Source: a virus
Taxonomy: Duplodnaviria > Heunggongvirae > Uroviricota > Caudoviricetes
IMG/VR virus record: IMGVR_UViG_3300031994_000015
Coordinates: 30,276 to 94,275 of that record
DNA length: 64,000 nucleotides
Strand: one strand, 5' to 3'
Shown here: positions 45,672 to 55,851 of the stretch, piece by piece
Position numbering within the stretch: the first letter of the stretch is position 1
Layout: every line of letters starts with the position of its first letter
Notes under the pieces: model-generated
Seen by the model: only the letters and a program-made list of their open reading frames with translations
What the model was told of the DNA's origin: nothing
The model's database searches: none
Program-made: the position numbers and the translations under genes

Positions 45672-45924
45672 ACTTTTTGAAACATTACAAGATTTTAAGG
45701 ATTGGCAAAAAATGATGTTAATCAATAATGAAAATCATAAATATCTTATTAATTGTATTAAAGACCCTATAAAATTTCCAGTAATCATGATTTGGTATTT
45801 CCAATCTTGGGATGAAGATCATGATGATGAGTATCATTATAAATATATTTATAAAGATAGTTTTGATACTATGAAACGATTTAAGTTCGAATATCATAAC
45901 CAATTCAATATTATTGTAAAATGA
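45661..45924 (+). CDS. hypothetical protein
   Basis: ORF track; PxxFP.I.IW pattern shared with next ORF. Confidence 0.7.
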   Translation: MKTELFETLQDFKDWQKMMLINNENHKYLINCIKDPIKFPVIMIWYFQSWDEDHDDEYHYKYIYKDSFDTMKRFKFEYHNQFNIIVK

Positions 45925-46229
45925 ATACAGTACTTTTAGAAACTAAAGAAGATTATATCAATTATTGTAAAGAAAATGATGTATACAATACTTCACAAAA
46001 ATATGGAAGTCAATATACAAATATTGATGGTGGAATAGAACATGATCTTTTTGATGCAATAGATATAGAACCTGATTCATTATTTATTCGCCGTAAATAT
46101 ATTACATCAGAACCAATGTCTTATCCATGTATTTTTATTTGGACTTGTATTGATAATGATAACCCAGAGTATAGAGGTGAATTTATATATCCACAAGATT
46201 TTGAATATATGAAAAAATATGGAAAATAA
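45921..46229 (+). CDS. hypothetical protein (possible paralog of 45661..45924)
   Basis: ET.EDY..., P.SYPCIFIW...Y.Y..DF pattern. Confidence 0.7.
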   Translation: MNTVLLETKEDYINYCKENDVYNTSQKYGSQYTNIDGGIEHDLFDAIDIEPDSLFIRRKYITSEPMSYPCIFIWTCIDNDNPEYRGEFIYPQDFEYMKKYGK

Positions 46230-46419
46230 TGAAATTTTAGAAAATTATAAGAGTAGATATTATAATCAATTATTTGCAAATATGCATACAAAATGTATTT
46301 GTGGATTAGAGCATAATTGGGTAGAAGATTTCTCAAGAAAAAATGATTATGATTCTGTAATTACTCCTGTAAGATGTAAAAGATGTAATATCAAAGGATT
46401 ATATTATGAACGAGATTAA
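46219..46419 (+). CDS. small Cys/His protein
   Basis: C.C..H...C..C. Confidence 0.65.
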   Translation: MENNEILENYKSRYYNQLFANMHTKCICGLEHNWVEDFSRKNDYDSVITPVRCKRCNIKGLYYERD

Positions 46420-46422
46420 AAT

Positions 46423-46755
46423 ATGGAAACAAATAGAACAATTGAAATTCTTAGAACATACAACTTTGCTCAAAAGAATCATTGGCAGCTTATGTGTGAT
46501 TTGTCTAATAATGATTATGATATTCGTTATTTTGATGGTAGACAATCTGCAAATATTTATTTAGATGAGTTTTTGCAAACTCAAGAAGATAATTTTAATA
46601 TTGATGAGATATTAAAATGTCTTGCTGATAATCTTGAAGAGTATACACAATCACAAGATGAATATTATAAAGAAAATAATTGTTACAATGAATTTCTCAG
46701 AGGTATGGTCGATGAAACTGAATTATTGATTCGTATTGTAAAACAAGATTATTAA
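46423..46755 (+). CDS. hypothetical protein
   Basis: ORF track. Confidence 0.7.
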   Translation: METNRTIEILRTYNFAQKNHWQLMCDLSNNDYDIRYFDGRQSANIYLDEFLQTQEDNFNIDEILKCLADNLEEYTQSQDEYYKENNCYNEFLRGMVDETELLIRIVKQDY

Positions 46756-46770
46756 ATACTATATTAAATT

Positions 46771-47130
46771 ATGAACATATTTGAAGAGTTAATATATAAT
46801 ATCAATCACCAACGTGAGTTACATAAAAAGATTGATGATTTAGTTTATAATTGGCTTGTTGCCCATTATAAACTTTGGACTAGTTTAAAACCTACTGAAG
46901 ACCAGATAGGAACTCTTTATATTGGTCCTAATAATGCATATCCAAAAGATTCTATAAATTATGATCATGATTTTTGTAACACCAAATGGGGATGGGATTG
47001 GTGTTTTACAAATGATTATAAAGCCATTAGGATTCAATATAATACTGTAAAGAATCAATGGTTGGATATTAATGAAGAAAATGAAAGAGTAGTAACATTT
47101 ACTGAACTTTTAAAATATGATAAATCCTAA
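46771..47130 (+). CDS. hypothetical protein
   Basis: ORF track. Confidence 0.7.
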   Translation: MNIFEELIYNINHQRELHKKIDDLVYNWLVAHYKLWTSLKPTEDQIGTLYIGPNNAYPKDSINYDHDFCNTKWGWDWCFTNDYKAIRIQYNTVKNQWLDINEENERVVTFTELLKYDKS

Positions 47131-47383
47131 TGAACATTATAAGGGTAATTATAAATGGTTAAAAGCTAAATTACCCGATGGGTATATAGGTTGGGTTACT
47201 GAAATTGAAAGTGCCCCAGGAATGTATATATCTGATGAAGGTGGTGATGTTTTTGAAGAAAGCCAATTAGAATTTTTGGATAATGATTACCTTTATGAAG
47301 AACTTAAGAAACTATTAAAGTTATATACTAAAGAAGAAGTTATTAATACAATACAAAAAATTGAAATATTTAACAAGATATGA
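47117..47383 (+). CDS. hypothetical protein
   Basis: ORF track. Confidence 0.7.
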   Translation: MINPNEHYKGNYKWLKAKLPDGYIGWVTEIESAPGMYISDEGGDVFEESQLEFLDNDYLYEELKKLLKLYTKEEVINTIQKIEIFNKI

Positions 47384-48018
47384 GTACTTGGACATGGACA
47401 TTTATTAAACCTGAATATCTTTCAAAGGATCAAATTAAATATTTATTGGAAGATGCTATCCGACATACTGGTGGAGTTTATTATGATAATTATAGAAAAC
47501 ATGGTTGGGATTATGAATTACAAAATTGGTTAGAGTTTCATAAAGAAGAATATGATTATTTTGTCAATGAATGTGGAGTCTCACCAGAGAAAATGACTGA
47601 AGAATATCTTACAGAAGACTTAAGAAAACGAATTGCAGTTTGTGATAGAAATGTAGGATATTATAATAAGGTCCTTGAAGGTAATATGACATTCAGAGAA
47701 ATGTTAGAAAATACTAAAGAAGAAGATTCTAAACATAATGCTGGATATACTCATGATTTTTATATCATTAAACGCCAAGGAGATATATATGTAAATCTTA
47801 AAGGAGAATGGTGGAGAAATCAAAGAGATTCAGAAGATGAATTCTGTACTGTAGATAGTCTTATTGAAGAAGTAAAAAAATCCCATTATTTGGGTTATTA
47901 TGATGAAGATATAAAAGATTGGGTTAAAGAAGATAAATTAACTCCTAAACTTGAAAAGAAATTAAGAGAATTCTATGGTAATATAGGTGATAATAATTTT
48001 TATGTTCATTTTGGATAA
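47380..48018 (+). CDS. hypothetical protein
   Basis: ORF track, 212 aa. Confidence 0.8.
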   Translation: MSTWTWTFIKPEYLSKDQIKYLLEDAIRHTGGVYYDNYRKHGWDYELQNWLEFHKEEYDYFVNECGVSPEKMTEEYLTEDLRKRIAVCDRNVGYYNKVLEGNMTFREMLENTKEEDSKHNAGYTHDFYIIKRQGDIYVNLKGEWWRNQRDSEDEFCTVDSLIEEVKKSHYLGYYDEDIKDWVKEDKLTPKLEKKLREFYGNIGDNNFYVHFG

Positions 48019-48019
48019 T

Positions 48020-48253
48020 ATGAATAAAGAAAAATTATATGATACATTGGTAGATCATATTAGAAAAGAATGGTCTATCAATGTTAAAAAGGATATAGAT
48101 TATGAAAATCGAATTAAGAATCAACCAGATTTATTATTCGAGCATGAAGTTATTCGTATAAATGCACTTAAGCATGACCAAGTAAGACATAAAGGTCGCA
48201 TAGATGAACTTAATGATTTAATAGAGTTTATTGAACAATTAGAAAATACATAA
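48020..48253 (+). CDS. hypothetical protein
   Basis: ATG 48020 after previous stop. Confidence 0.7.
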   Translation: MNKEKLYDTLVDHIRKEWSINVKKDIDYENRIKNQPDLLFEHEVIRINALKHDQVRHKGRIDELNDLIEFIEQLENT

Positions 48254-48254
48254 T

Positions 48255-48440
48255 ATGCCTTATCAAGAGCCATATTGGGCAAGATTTGTTAAAAGTTGGA
48301 AAAAACCACCTAAATATATTCCAGGAAAAAATAAGGTTAAACCATTACAACATTGTAAAGCATGTACATGGCCTTGTGAATATATAGGATATACAGAATA
48401 TGAAAAATCTTATATGTGCCCACATTATAATTTACAATAG
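48255..48440 (+). CDS. small Cys-rich protein
   Basis: C..C...C...C.H. Confidence 0.6.
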   Translation: MPYQEPYWARFVKSWKKPPKYIPGKNKVKPLQHCKACTWPCEYIGYTEYEKSYMCPHYNLQ

Positions 48441-48442
48441 AT

Positions 48443-49150
48443 ATGAGTAGAAAAGAAAAAGGAACTATTTTATATAGTCGTAATGGTATAAAAATTGAGA
48501 AAATCGAATTTCTTGATATGACTAAATGGCCTAATACAAAAGATGTAGGTTATTTAGTAAAAACAAAAATAGACCAAAGATTAAAAAGAAATAGTAAAGT
48601 TGAAATAATACCAGCAACTAAAGCATGGACTGAAACTATTACAAGAACTTCAAAACTTGGTTTTTACTATTATGAAATTAAAGAGCATAAAGCTGAAAAA
48701 CAAAAGATAATAAACCATGATAAATATGATATGGCAACTTATAAGAAATTAGTATTTAAGTTTGCCGATAAAAGATATGAAATGGTTTATCCTATTAAAT
48801 GTGGAGATGTTTCTATAAATAAAGAAACAAGACCTTGGGATTTATTACCAGGAACAAATGGTATTGAAGATCATTTTATCACCGATTTATATAAAGAAGT
48901 TCTTAAGTTTTTTGATGTATGTGAAGATGAAAGAATAGGATATCAAATTAAAGCTCCTTCTTATAGTTGGAATGGAAATAAAGAAGGAGAATATGCTAAA
49001 GATATGGGTTGGGTTAATGATGTCCGTAAAGAAGTTTTAATTGATTTATTTGGAGATGAAAATGGTCCATCTACTAATTATAATGATATAAAAATTCTTT
49101 CACATGGATTTGATTTAAAACAATCTTTTAGAAAAAGAAAAGAATCATAA
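48443..49150 (+). CDS. hypothetical protein
   Basis: ORF track, 235 aa. Confidence 0.8.
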   Translation: MSRKEKGTILYSRNGIKIEKIEFLDMTKWPNTKDVGYLVKTKIDQRLKRNSKVEIIPATKAWTETITRTSKLGFYYYEIKEHKAEKQKIINHDKYDMATYKKLVFKFADKRYEMVYPIKCGDVSINKETRPWDLLPGTNGIEDHFITDLYKEVLKFFDVCEDERIGYQIKAPSYSWNGNKEGEYAKDMGWVNDVRKEVLIDLFGDENGPSTNYNDIKILSHGFDLKQSFRKRKES

Positions 49151-49151
49151 T

Positions 49152-49379
49152 ATGACTTTAAAAGAATTTATAGATGTAGTTAAAGATTTTCCTGATGATT
49201 TTGCTAATAATTTAGTATTATCAATAGGTATAAGAGATGAAAATGATATAGTTAATGATGGTAAAACTATACATTTTCCTGAATTTAGTGAACGATATGA
49301 TATAGCAGGTGTTAATATAATTTCTGAAGGTACTATGGCACCTAAATTGTTTTTTTCCGCTATTAGAAAAAAGAAATAA
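49152..49379 (+). CDS. hypothetical protein
   Basis: ORF track. Confidence 0.7.
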   Translation: MTLKEFIDVVKDFPDDFANNLVLSIGIRDENDIVNDGKTIHFPEFSERYDIAGVNIISEGTMAPKLFFSAIRKKK

Positions 49380-49381
49380 TC

Positions 49382-49711
49382 ATGATTTCTTGTACACAAA
49401 AAGGATATAAAAAATATGTACCTGGATTATGGCCAGTAGATATTGGGTTTTATTCACAAAAAATTATTGGGTGGTATGCCAAACGTGATTGGAACAGATG
49501 GGATGATAATCGACCAATAGGTGACAAATGTAATTGGAAAATATTTATAGATAAAGAATGGAAGTATTTTGAACATTATTTGACAAAAAATATATTTTAT
49601 TTTTCTGATAATAATATTTGGATTGAAAATTCAAAATTAGTTGAGTATGTAGATGACCCAGAAAAATCAGCACACGAATTTATGGGTTGGGATTATAATA
49701 AAGATGAATAA
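49382..49711 (+). CDS. hypothetical protein
   Basis: ORF track. Confidence 0.7.
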   Translation: MISCTQKGYKKYVPGLWPVDIGFYSQKIIGWYAKRDWNRWDDNRPIGDKCNWKIFIDKEWKYFEHYLTKNIFYFSDNNIWIENSKLVEYVDDPEKSAHEFMGWDYNKDE

Positions 49712-49712
49712 T

Positions 49713-50159
49713 ATGAATGAAAAAGATATAATACATGTTATAAGTGCATATAAAAATGGGTATAGAATTCAATCAAGAAAACTTGAAGAATCTGATTGGA
49801 AAGATGATTTAGAGCCTACTTGGAATTTTGAACAATATGAATATAGAGTAAAATTAGTTCCTGAAGATTCTACAAAAGCATTTTGGCAAATGGCAGAATA
49901 CCCTATGCAGATTCCTGCATTAGTTGAATGTCATAAGAAAATTGAAGGTTATCTTGGTGGAGTACCAGTTGATGGGTTTTCTCAAATGTGGTATGAAATA
50001 AGAGATAAAGTAGAACCAGGTGAATATTATTTAACTTTATATTCAATTAGTAATTTACCGAGAAAACACCACGAACCGTTAAAAGAAAAAGAAGAGAAAA
50101 AAGAGAAAAATTCAAAACCAAATAAATTTTCATTTAAAAACCTTTGGAATTTAATATGA
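49713..50159 (+). CDS. phage hypothetical protein
   Basis: AYKNG..IQ...W.D...PTWNF...EYRVK pattern. Confidence 0.75.
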   Translation: MNEKDIIHVISAYKNGYRIQSRKLEESDWKDDLEPTWNFEQYEYRVKLVPEDSTKAFWQMAEYPMQIPALVECHKKIEGYLGGVPVDGFSQMWYEIRDKVEPGEYYLTLYSISNLPRKHHEPLKEKEEKKEKNSKPNKFSFKNLWNLI

Positions 50160-50380
50160 TAAATGCAGAAGCAGCTAGAGATATTTCAATAAAATGTAAA
50201 TTTTCTTATATTGAGTCACTTATTAGAAATGCAGCTAATAAAGGTAGTAGATGTGTTTCACTTATAGGAAAAAATATCTATTTAAGTGAAGATGAAATTA
50301 AAGAATTAAATGGACTTGGTTATGAAATTCGTCAAGGACACTCAGGTAAATGTGGAGTATTTAATATTATAAGTTGGTAA
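50156..50380 (+). CDS. hypothetical protein (similar to 2030..2314)
   Basis: LGYEI...IISW. Confidence 0.7.
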   Translation: MINAEAARDISIKCKFSYIESLIRNAANKGSRCVSLIGKNIYLSEDEIKELNGLGYEIRQGHSGKCGVFNIISW

Positions 50381-50382
50381 TT

Positions 50383-50610
50383 ATGAGTATGTTTACTAAA
50401 CGTCGTAAAGTTATACGAAAAAAACAAGAAGAAGATAGAAAACGTTGGGAGGAGAATAAGAAAAAATTCGATAAAGGATGTAATGATATTATTAAGACTT
50501 GTGACTATATTCAAAAAAATCATCCTGAATTTGATTCTTTAGATGGAGATCACCGAGTAGAATTATTTGGAAAAATATTTAACGAAATACATAATAGTGA
50601 ACAATCATAA
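50383..50610 (+). CDS. hypothetical protein
   Basis: ORF track. Confidence 0.65.
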   Translation: MSMFTKRRKVIRKKQEEDRKRWEENKKKFDKGCNDIIKTCDYIQKNHPEFDSLDGDHRVELFGKIFNEIHNSEQS

Positions 50611-50611
50611 T

Positions 50612-50749
50612 ATGAAAAATACTGTACTTTGGCGACGAAATATTCCTGATGAAGTTTTTGAAGAATGTATTTGGTGTGATGATGATCGAGAACTCTGGGA
50701 AAAAGAAATTGATGCTGAATTAGATAGAAGATTTTGGACTAAATTATGA
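50612..50749 (+). CDS. small hypothetical protein
   Basis: ATG 50612 in track frame. Confidence 0.6.
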   Translation: MKNTVLWRRNIPDEVFEECIWCDDDRELWEKEIDAELDRRFWTKL

Positions 50750-51621
50750 GTGATATAAAATTAAAACATTGGGAAGAATTAGGACATAGAACATTTTGGT
50801 GGCATCTCAAAAGAATTTATAATATTGATAGACCAACTAAATATTGTGTAATATTTAATACATATACTGATTCACCAAAATCATTTTCTGTGACACCATT
50901 TGATACATTAGAAGAAGCTTTAGAGGAAGCAAAACTTATTAATATAATGTATTGCAATACTCCAAAGCCACAAAAAATTGATAATAAATTAATTGGGAAT
51001 AAACATCCTTTAGATTATTCAAATGGTGCTTATTTTTGGGGTTACATGGTACTTGATATGATTAATAAGAAAGTTATTAAACTTGTTAATACTATCAAGC
51101 ATTGTGGGTTTACATTTGAAAATAAAATCACTTTGGCAAATATAGATGTTTTATTTAGGGATGAAAATGAAATACCTGATGACTATATTTGGGATATAAG
51201 AGGTGAATATGAAGGATGGCTTCAATTTAGATGGGGTGACAAAAAGAATGCATTAGATTATGTTGAGCCACCAAAGAAAGAACGTCCTGGTGTAGATGAA
51301 ATATGGGAAATATATGATGAAGCAACTGATTCATATATTAAAAGAAAAGTAAGAGTTGTTTATGTTAATTGGGATGATCCTTTGCCTAAACCAGAAAAAG
51401 GAATTAAATATCTTAGACCTAATAAAGAACCAGTAAGATTTCCAGGATCCGATATAGGCTTTGAAAATGATTATTCATTACAAGAATGGGCATTATCAGA
51501 AGAAATAGCTGGTGATGAATATTTAAACAATGGTGGAACATTTAAACCTGAATCAACTTCTAATTCGTTAGCAGATATGCTTGGAGATAATAACCCATTA
51601 CTTAAACTTAAATTTAATTAA
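50746..51621 (+). CDS. hypothetical protein (291 aa)
   Basis: ORF track. Confidence 0.8.
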   Translation: MSDIKLKHWEELGHRTFWWHLKRIYNIDRPTKYCVIFNTYTDSPKSFSVTPFDTLEEALEEAKLINIMYCNTPKPQKIDNKLIGNKHPLDYSNGAYFWGYMVLDMINKKVIKLVNTIKHCGFTFENKITLANIDVLFRDENEIPDDYIWDIRGEYEGWLQFRWGDKKNALDYVEPPKKERPGVDEIWEIYDEATDSYIKRKVRVVYVNWDDPLPKPEKGIKYLRPNKEPVRFPGSDIGFENDYSLQEWALSEEIAGDEYLNNGGTFKPESTSNSLADMLGDNNPLLKLKFN

Positions 51622-51622
51622 T

Positions 51623-52222
51623 ATGAGACATAGATATATATTTTGTGGTGTTGTTTGGGACCAACCAGAAATTTGTAATTATAGACTTATTTCGAAGCCA
51701 ACTTATTCTCATGGATCATTTGTGAGAGTAAATATTCCTGATGATTTAGAATTAAATCATTATAGTGGTGATGGATATTCTACAACTTATGATAAAAGGA
51801 CTATTCATGAATTAGGTTGTGATTGTTATATTCTATATAAAGGACAATGGAGAAAATTCAATTATTTAAAACAATTTGAACCTTGTTGGTGGTTTAGAGT
51901 TCTAGAACATATATTTAGTTTATATGATTGTTGTGATGAAAAAATCGGTTGGACTGATGATGCTAAACAATGGTCAGAAATATTTTATGGTGAAGAACGT
52001 ATGGAAATGTCAGATAAATGTTCAAGAAATGAATATAAAATGCATTATCCAACGGTTAAAGAAGATAAAAAAGGACTTAAATTAAAAGTCAATTTAGATA
52101 AAAGTGAGAAAACAATTGAATTTCTTCGAACAGGATCTGGAGAAGGTGAATGGTTGAAATTCTATGATGAGTTCAAAAAAGAATTAGAAGAGAATCCTAA
52201 TAAAGAAATTTGGTGTGAATAA
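51623..52222 (+). CDS. hypothetical protein
   Basis: ATG 51623 after previous stop. Confidence 0.75.
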   Translation: MRHRYIFCGVVWDQPEICNYRLISKPTYSHGSFVRVNIPDDLELNHYSGDGYSTTYDKRTIHELGCDCYILYKGQWRKFNYLKQFEPCWWFRVLEHIFSLYDCCDEKIGWTDDAKQWSEIFYGEERMEMSDKCSRNEYKMHYPTVKEDKKGLKLKVNLDKSEKTIEFLRTGSGEGEWLKFYDEFKKELEENPNKEIWCE

Positions 52223-52236
52223 AAATGTAATTAGAA

Positions 52237-52752
52237 ATGGATAATAAAAAATTAAAACCAATACCAGAAGTAGGAAAATTCTATCATTTCTGGGATGACG
52301 GGAAAACAAGTGCAAGTAGACACTATATTTGTAAAGTTGAACGTATAGTACCATTTGAAGAAGCTAAGGATATTATATTAAGTACTCCACGAGGTGAAAC
52401 TATTTATGAAAATGGTAAATTTGAAAATGTTTTCATTGATATGTCTTTAGAAGATATTTGGGAGGATGAAATACGACAATGCGATTGGTTATATTCTACA
52501 GAAACAGATTATTTTATAGAAGCTTCTTGTCCGGTTTATGACGATAATAATCTTTGGTTTGCAAGAACTAAATATGGTGGATGGTTTAGTATGGATATTC
52601 AATCATGGTGGCAAAGTGGAGAATTAGATGTCGATGAAAATATTTTTACAAATATCGTAGAATTCTGGAAAAATGATAAGTATACTTCAGAAGAATCCAG
52701 AAAAGCTATTGTTGAATCTTACTATGATCAAAAATACGAAAAGAAAAAATGA
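52237..52752 (+). CDS. hypothetical protein
   Basis: ORF track. Confidence 0.75.
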   Translation: MDNKKLKPIPEVGKFYHFWDDGKTSASRHYICKVERIVPFEEAKDIILSTPRGETIYENGKFENVFIDMSLEDIWEDEIRQCDWLYSTETDYFIEASCPVYDDNNLWFARTKYGGWFSMDIQSWWQSGELDVDENIFTNIVEFWKNDKYTSEESRKAIVESYYDQKYEKKK

Positions 52753-52865
52753 ATTGTTTATATATAGCTGGAATAATATGTGTAGTTGTATTTATAGGTA
52801 CAATTATATTTTTTAGAATTTGTGATAGTAAAGGAATACATTTTCAAGGAGATGATTTTAGTTAA
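52749..52865 (+). CDS. small membrane peptide (38 aa)
   Basis: manually translated; ATGA overlap; one TM. Confidence 0.5.
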   Translation: MNCLYIAGIICVVVFIGTIIFFRICDSKGIHFQGDDFS

Positions 52866-52900
52866 TTTATAGAGATTTAAAAATATATATATGAGAAATA

Positions 52901-53422
52901 ATGGGTGAATTAACTTTAAATGATAAAACATTTTTTGGTGAAGATACATACAACAAAGCTACTACAAATGGTGGGTGGGGTTCTTTTGATCCACAATATT
53001 ATAATGATAGTAATGTAGGAAATCTATTACATACAGCTGTAAATTGTGGCTTAAAAGTAGACATTTCACAAGAAATGAGTCATAATACCGATTATGAATT
53101 TCCACATAGATATGGTGATATAGGAACAACTGTAAATATTGATGTAAGTGGAAGAATAGAAGATATAAGTAGATTTAATTGTTGTGTTGATGGAAATGCC
53201 CCAAATGAAATAGATAAATTAAGATCTGAAGTATCTGAACTAAAATCAAAAATTAATAATTCTATCGAATCAGATTGTAAATTTAAAAGTTTATTAGATC
53301 ATACTATTGCAAGAATCCAAAATAAACTTCTTAAAGAAATTGATGAAGATATATTTTATTCAGAGATTTGGCAGAAAGCTTTAAATATTGTTAATGAAGA
53401 AATAAAATCCTTAGAATTTTGA
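52901..53422 (+). CDS. hypothetical protein
   Basis: ORF track. Confidence 0.75.
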   Translation: MGELTLNDKTFFGEDTYNKATTNGGWGSFDPQYYNDSNVGNLLHTAVNCGLKVDISQEMSHNTDYEFPHRYGDIGTTVNIDVSGRIEDISRFNCCVDGNAPNEIDKLRSEVSELKSKINNSIESDCKFKSLLDHTIARIQNKLLKEIDEDIFYSEIWQKALNIVNEEIKSLEF

Positions 53423-53446
53423 ATTTCTAAGGATTTTTTCTATATT
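53419..53446 (+). promoter_or_regulatory. TTGAA-N16-CTATATT promoter motif
   Basis: exact copy. Confidence 0.75.
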
Positions 53447-53473
53447 ATATATGTAAAATCAAAATAAGAAAAT

Positions 53474-53788
53474 ATGTTCAAGACATTCGATGAATTCAAG
53501 GAGTTTTGTGAGAAGGTTGCCAAAGAACAGTCTACTATGGTAGAGTTCAGGGAATATTCTGGGTATCGATATGGTACCAGTTCATTTATGGTTGATAAGT
53601 TTGGTGGAACATATTGTAACTTCAAGTTTGATTTTGACAATCTTATGGTTATTGATACTTTTGATACTGATATCAAGCTTTACACAACTATTGAAGATAT
53701 GGTAAATCATATTACTGAGCGCCGTAAGAATGAGGAAGAACTTAGAGATTTAGATTATATTAGCGAATGTATTAATTCAGAATATTAA
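53474..53788 (+). CDS. hypothetical protein
   Basis: ORF after promoter. Confidence 0.75.
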   Translation: MFKTFDEFKEFCEKVAKEQSTMVEFREYSGYRYGTSSFMVDKFGGTYCNFKFDFDNLMVIDTFDTDIKLYTTIEDMVNHITERRKNEEELRDLDYISECINSEY

Positions 53789-53791
53789 GAT

Positions 53792-54055
53792 ATGAAAAAA
53801 ATTCTTTTTGTTTTAATGATGGTCTTTTGTTTGACCTCATGTGAACAGTATTTTACTCGCGAATTTGGCGGAACAACAGAAATTACACTGGAATCTGGCA
53901 AGAAATTAGTTGAATGCACTTGGAAAGGTGATGGTGATATTTGGATGTTGGTAGAACCTATGGATTCTAATTATGTACCTAAGACTAAAGAATTCGTTGA
54001 ATATTCTCTTTATGGTATTTGTAATGGTAAAGTAATTATTAAAGAAACTCGATAA
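53792..54055 (+). CDS. putative lipoprotein
   Basis: MKK signal plus hydrophobic stretch and LTSC lipobox. Confidence 0.75.
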   Translation: MKKILFVLMMVFCLTSCEQYFTREFGGTTEITLESGKKLVECTWKGDGDIWMLVEPMDSNYVPKTKEFVEYSLYGICNGKVIIKETR

Positions 54056-54056
54056 T

Positions 54057-54278
54057 ATGTGGCCTTTTAATCAAAAAACAATTCAAGTTTGGTTTGCCGT
54101 CAACAAGAATGGATTTGTCGGTATGTGGCTCGATAAACCAGAACGAAATGAAGATACTGGTAAGTGGGAATCAAATCATTGTTTTGTAAACTCATTGATT
54201 TATCCTCAGATTTGCCAGCTTGTTGAAAAAGCAAAAATGGATTGGGAATCAGACCCAGAAGTGGTAACATTCCAGTAA
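54057..54278 (+). CDS. hypothetical protein
   Basis: WFAVNKNG...P.R....W pattern. Confidence 0.7.
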   Translation: MWPFNQKTIQVWFAVNKNGFVGMWLDKPERNEDTGKWESNHCFVNSLIYPQICQLVEKAKMDWESDPEVVTFQ

Positions 54279-54281
54279 TGC

Positions 54282-54329
54282 ATTAGTCAAATAGAAGCAC
54301 ACAGGTTCACTGAATTCTATTTGACTAAT
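54282..54329. repeat. 15-bp perfect inverted repeat with 18-nt loop
   Basis: ATTAGTCAAATAGAA / TTCTATTTGACTAAT. Confidence 0.8.
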
Positions 54330-54366
54330 AATTATATAGAATGGATAAATAAATTAACCTGTGTTA

Positions 54367-54558
54367 ATGAAAGTTAAAGGAATAGATAAGTTCGAATATA
54401 AATATGCTGAATTATTTAATTCTATAAAAAGTACTGAAAATGCATTGAATATTCTTGGTCGAAATGGTTGGGAAGTATTCGATTTTCAAAAACCAAAATC
54501 TACTGGAGATATTTATAAAGCATGGTTGAAACGTAAAGTTATAGAAGTAGAAGTATGA
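54367..54558 (+). CDS. DUF4177-like small protein
   Basis: FEYK...LNILGRNGWEV...LKR. Confidence 0.65.
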   Translation: MKVKGIDKFEYKYAELFNSIKSTENALNILGRNGWEVFDFQKPKSTGDIYKAWLKRKVIEVEV

Positions 54559-54908
54559 ATAAGTCTTTATATTTTATTGAATGTACATGTATTAGGGATT
54601 GTAAGTTTCCTAATGTAGAATATCATAAAGGTGAAGTTGTTTATTTCAACCCTAAAGCAGCTTCTAATGAAACATATATTTATTGCTGGACAGATGAAGA
54701 GAAGAATAAATTATCGGAACAAACTAGGAATAATTATGGCCTATTGATATCTGAAGGACATCTCCCATTCACAAGGCAAAAGAAATTTGCAAAGAAATGG
54801 CAAATTAAAAGATATGCCGAAAATAATGCTTATTGGGTAGAAAAATGTGGAGATTTTAAATGCACAATTAAAGAAATTAAGTTAACATATACTGAAGAAG
54901 AAATATAA
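54555..54908 (+). CDS. hypothetical protein
   Basis: ORF track. Confidence 0.7.
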   Translation: MNKSLYFIECTCIRDCKFPNVEYHKGEVVYFNPKAASNETYIYCWTDEEKNKLSEQTRNNYGLLISEGHLPFTRQKKFAKKWQIKRYAENNAYWVEKCGDFKCTIKEIKLTYTEEEI

Positions 54909-54912
54909 ATAT

Positions 54913-55851
54913 ATGCAATATACTAAATTTAAAGAAACAATTCTTGACGGGTTTAGACCTATCAATATTGACAATACAAATCGTGACGGTCATGGCCATA
55001 CATTGTCCGTAAAAATTGTTGTACCTTGTTATTGTCAAGCACATTGTCCTTTTTGTTTTAACAACCAAACAATTAATACTCAACAGCATAATTGGGATGG
55101 TTTTATTACTAATATTTCTGATTCATTAAAAATATTGTTTAATAACATTGATAATAGACATATTAGTCTTGATATTACTGGTAATGAACCTACATTTAAT
55201 ATCCAACAATTCAAATCATTGATGGATCTTCTCAGTATCTTCAAAAGAGATTATGGTCATAAAATAGATAAGATTGTATTGACAACAAATGGGTTTCATC
55301 TTTATGAGTGTATTCCTTATATGAGAAGTGTTGTTGATATAGTTAATATTTCATTACATCATTATGATTATAAAACTAGGCAGGATATTTTCAAGACAAA
55401 ATATATTCCTTCAAATAATGATTTGAAGATTATTATACAAAATCTTAACAATATTGGAATATCGGTAACATCTGTAGCAGTTATTTATACAAATGTTGAT
55501 ATGATAAATTTTGTTAATAGTTTTGCATCATTTTCAAAAGAAATTGGGTTTAAGGATGCCCGTATTAGAGTTAACTTTACCACAAATAATCCATTTATTA
55601 GAAATTTGTTTTATACGAAGTTTGAAAATGAAGAAGTATGTGAACAAAAAGGTCTTGCTACTAAATACCTTATGATTGATAATTATAATGTCAACATATA
55701 TTTAGGTGTTACTGATTTAATTGATTATGTTATAGGGGTTGAAATGGTAATTGATGATGATGGAAAACTATATGTTGATTATAATAAACGATATCCTGTA
55801 GATGTAGATTATTTGAATGATTTTAATAAATATATATTTGTCAATGAATGA
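54913..55851 (+). CDS. radical SAM protein
   Basis: CQAHCPFC (CxxxCxxC), ITGNEP, LTTNG, VNISLHH. Confidence 0.88.
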   Translation: MQYTKFKETILDGFRPINIDNTNRDGHGHTLSVKIVVPCYCQAHCPFCFNNQTINTQQHNWDGFITNISDSLKILFNNIDNRHISLDITGNEPTFNIQQFKSLMDLLSIFKRDYGHKIDKIVLTTNGFHLYECIPYMRSVVDIVNISLHHYDYKTRQDIFKTKYIPSNNDLKIIIQNLNNIGISVTSVAVIYTNVDMINFVNSFASFSKEIGFKDARIRVNFTTNNPFIRNLFYTKFENEEVCEQKGLATKYLMIDNYNVNIYLGVTDLIDYVIGVEMVIDDDGKLYVDYNKRYPVDVDYLNDFNKYIFVNE

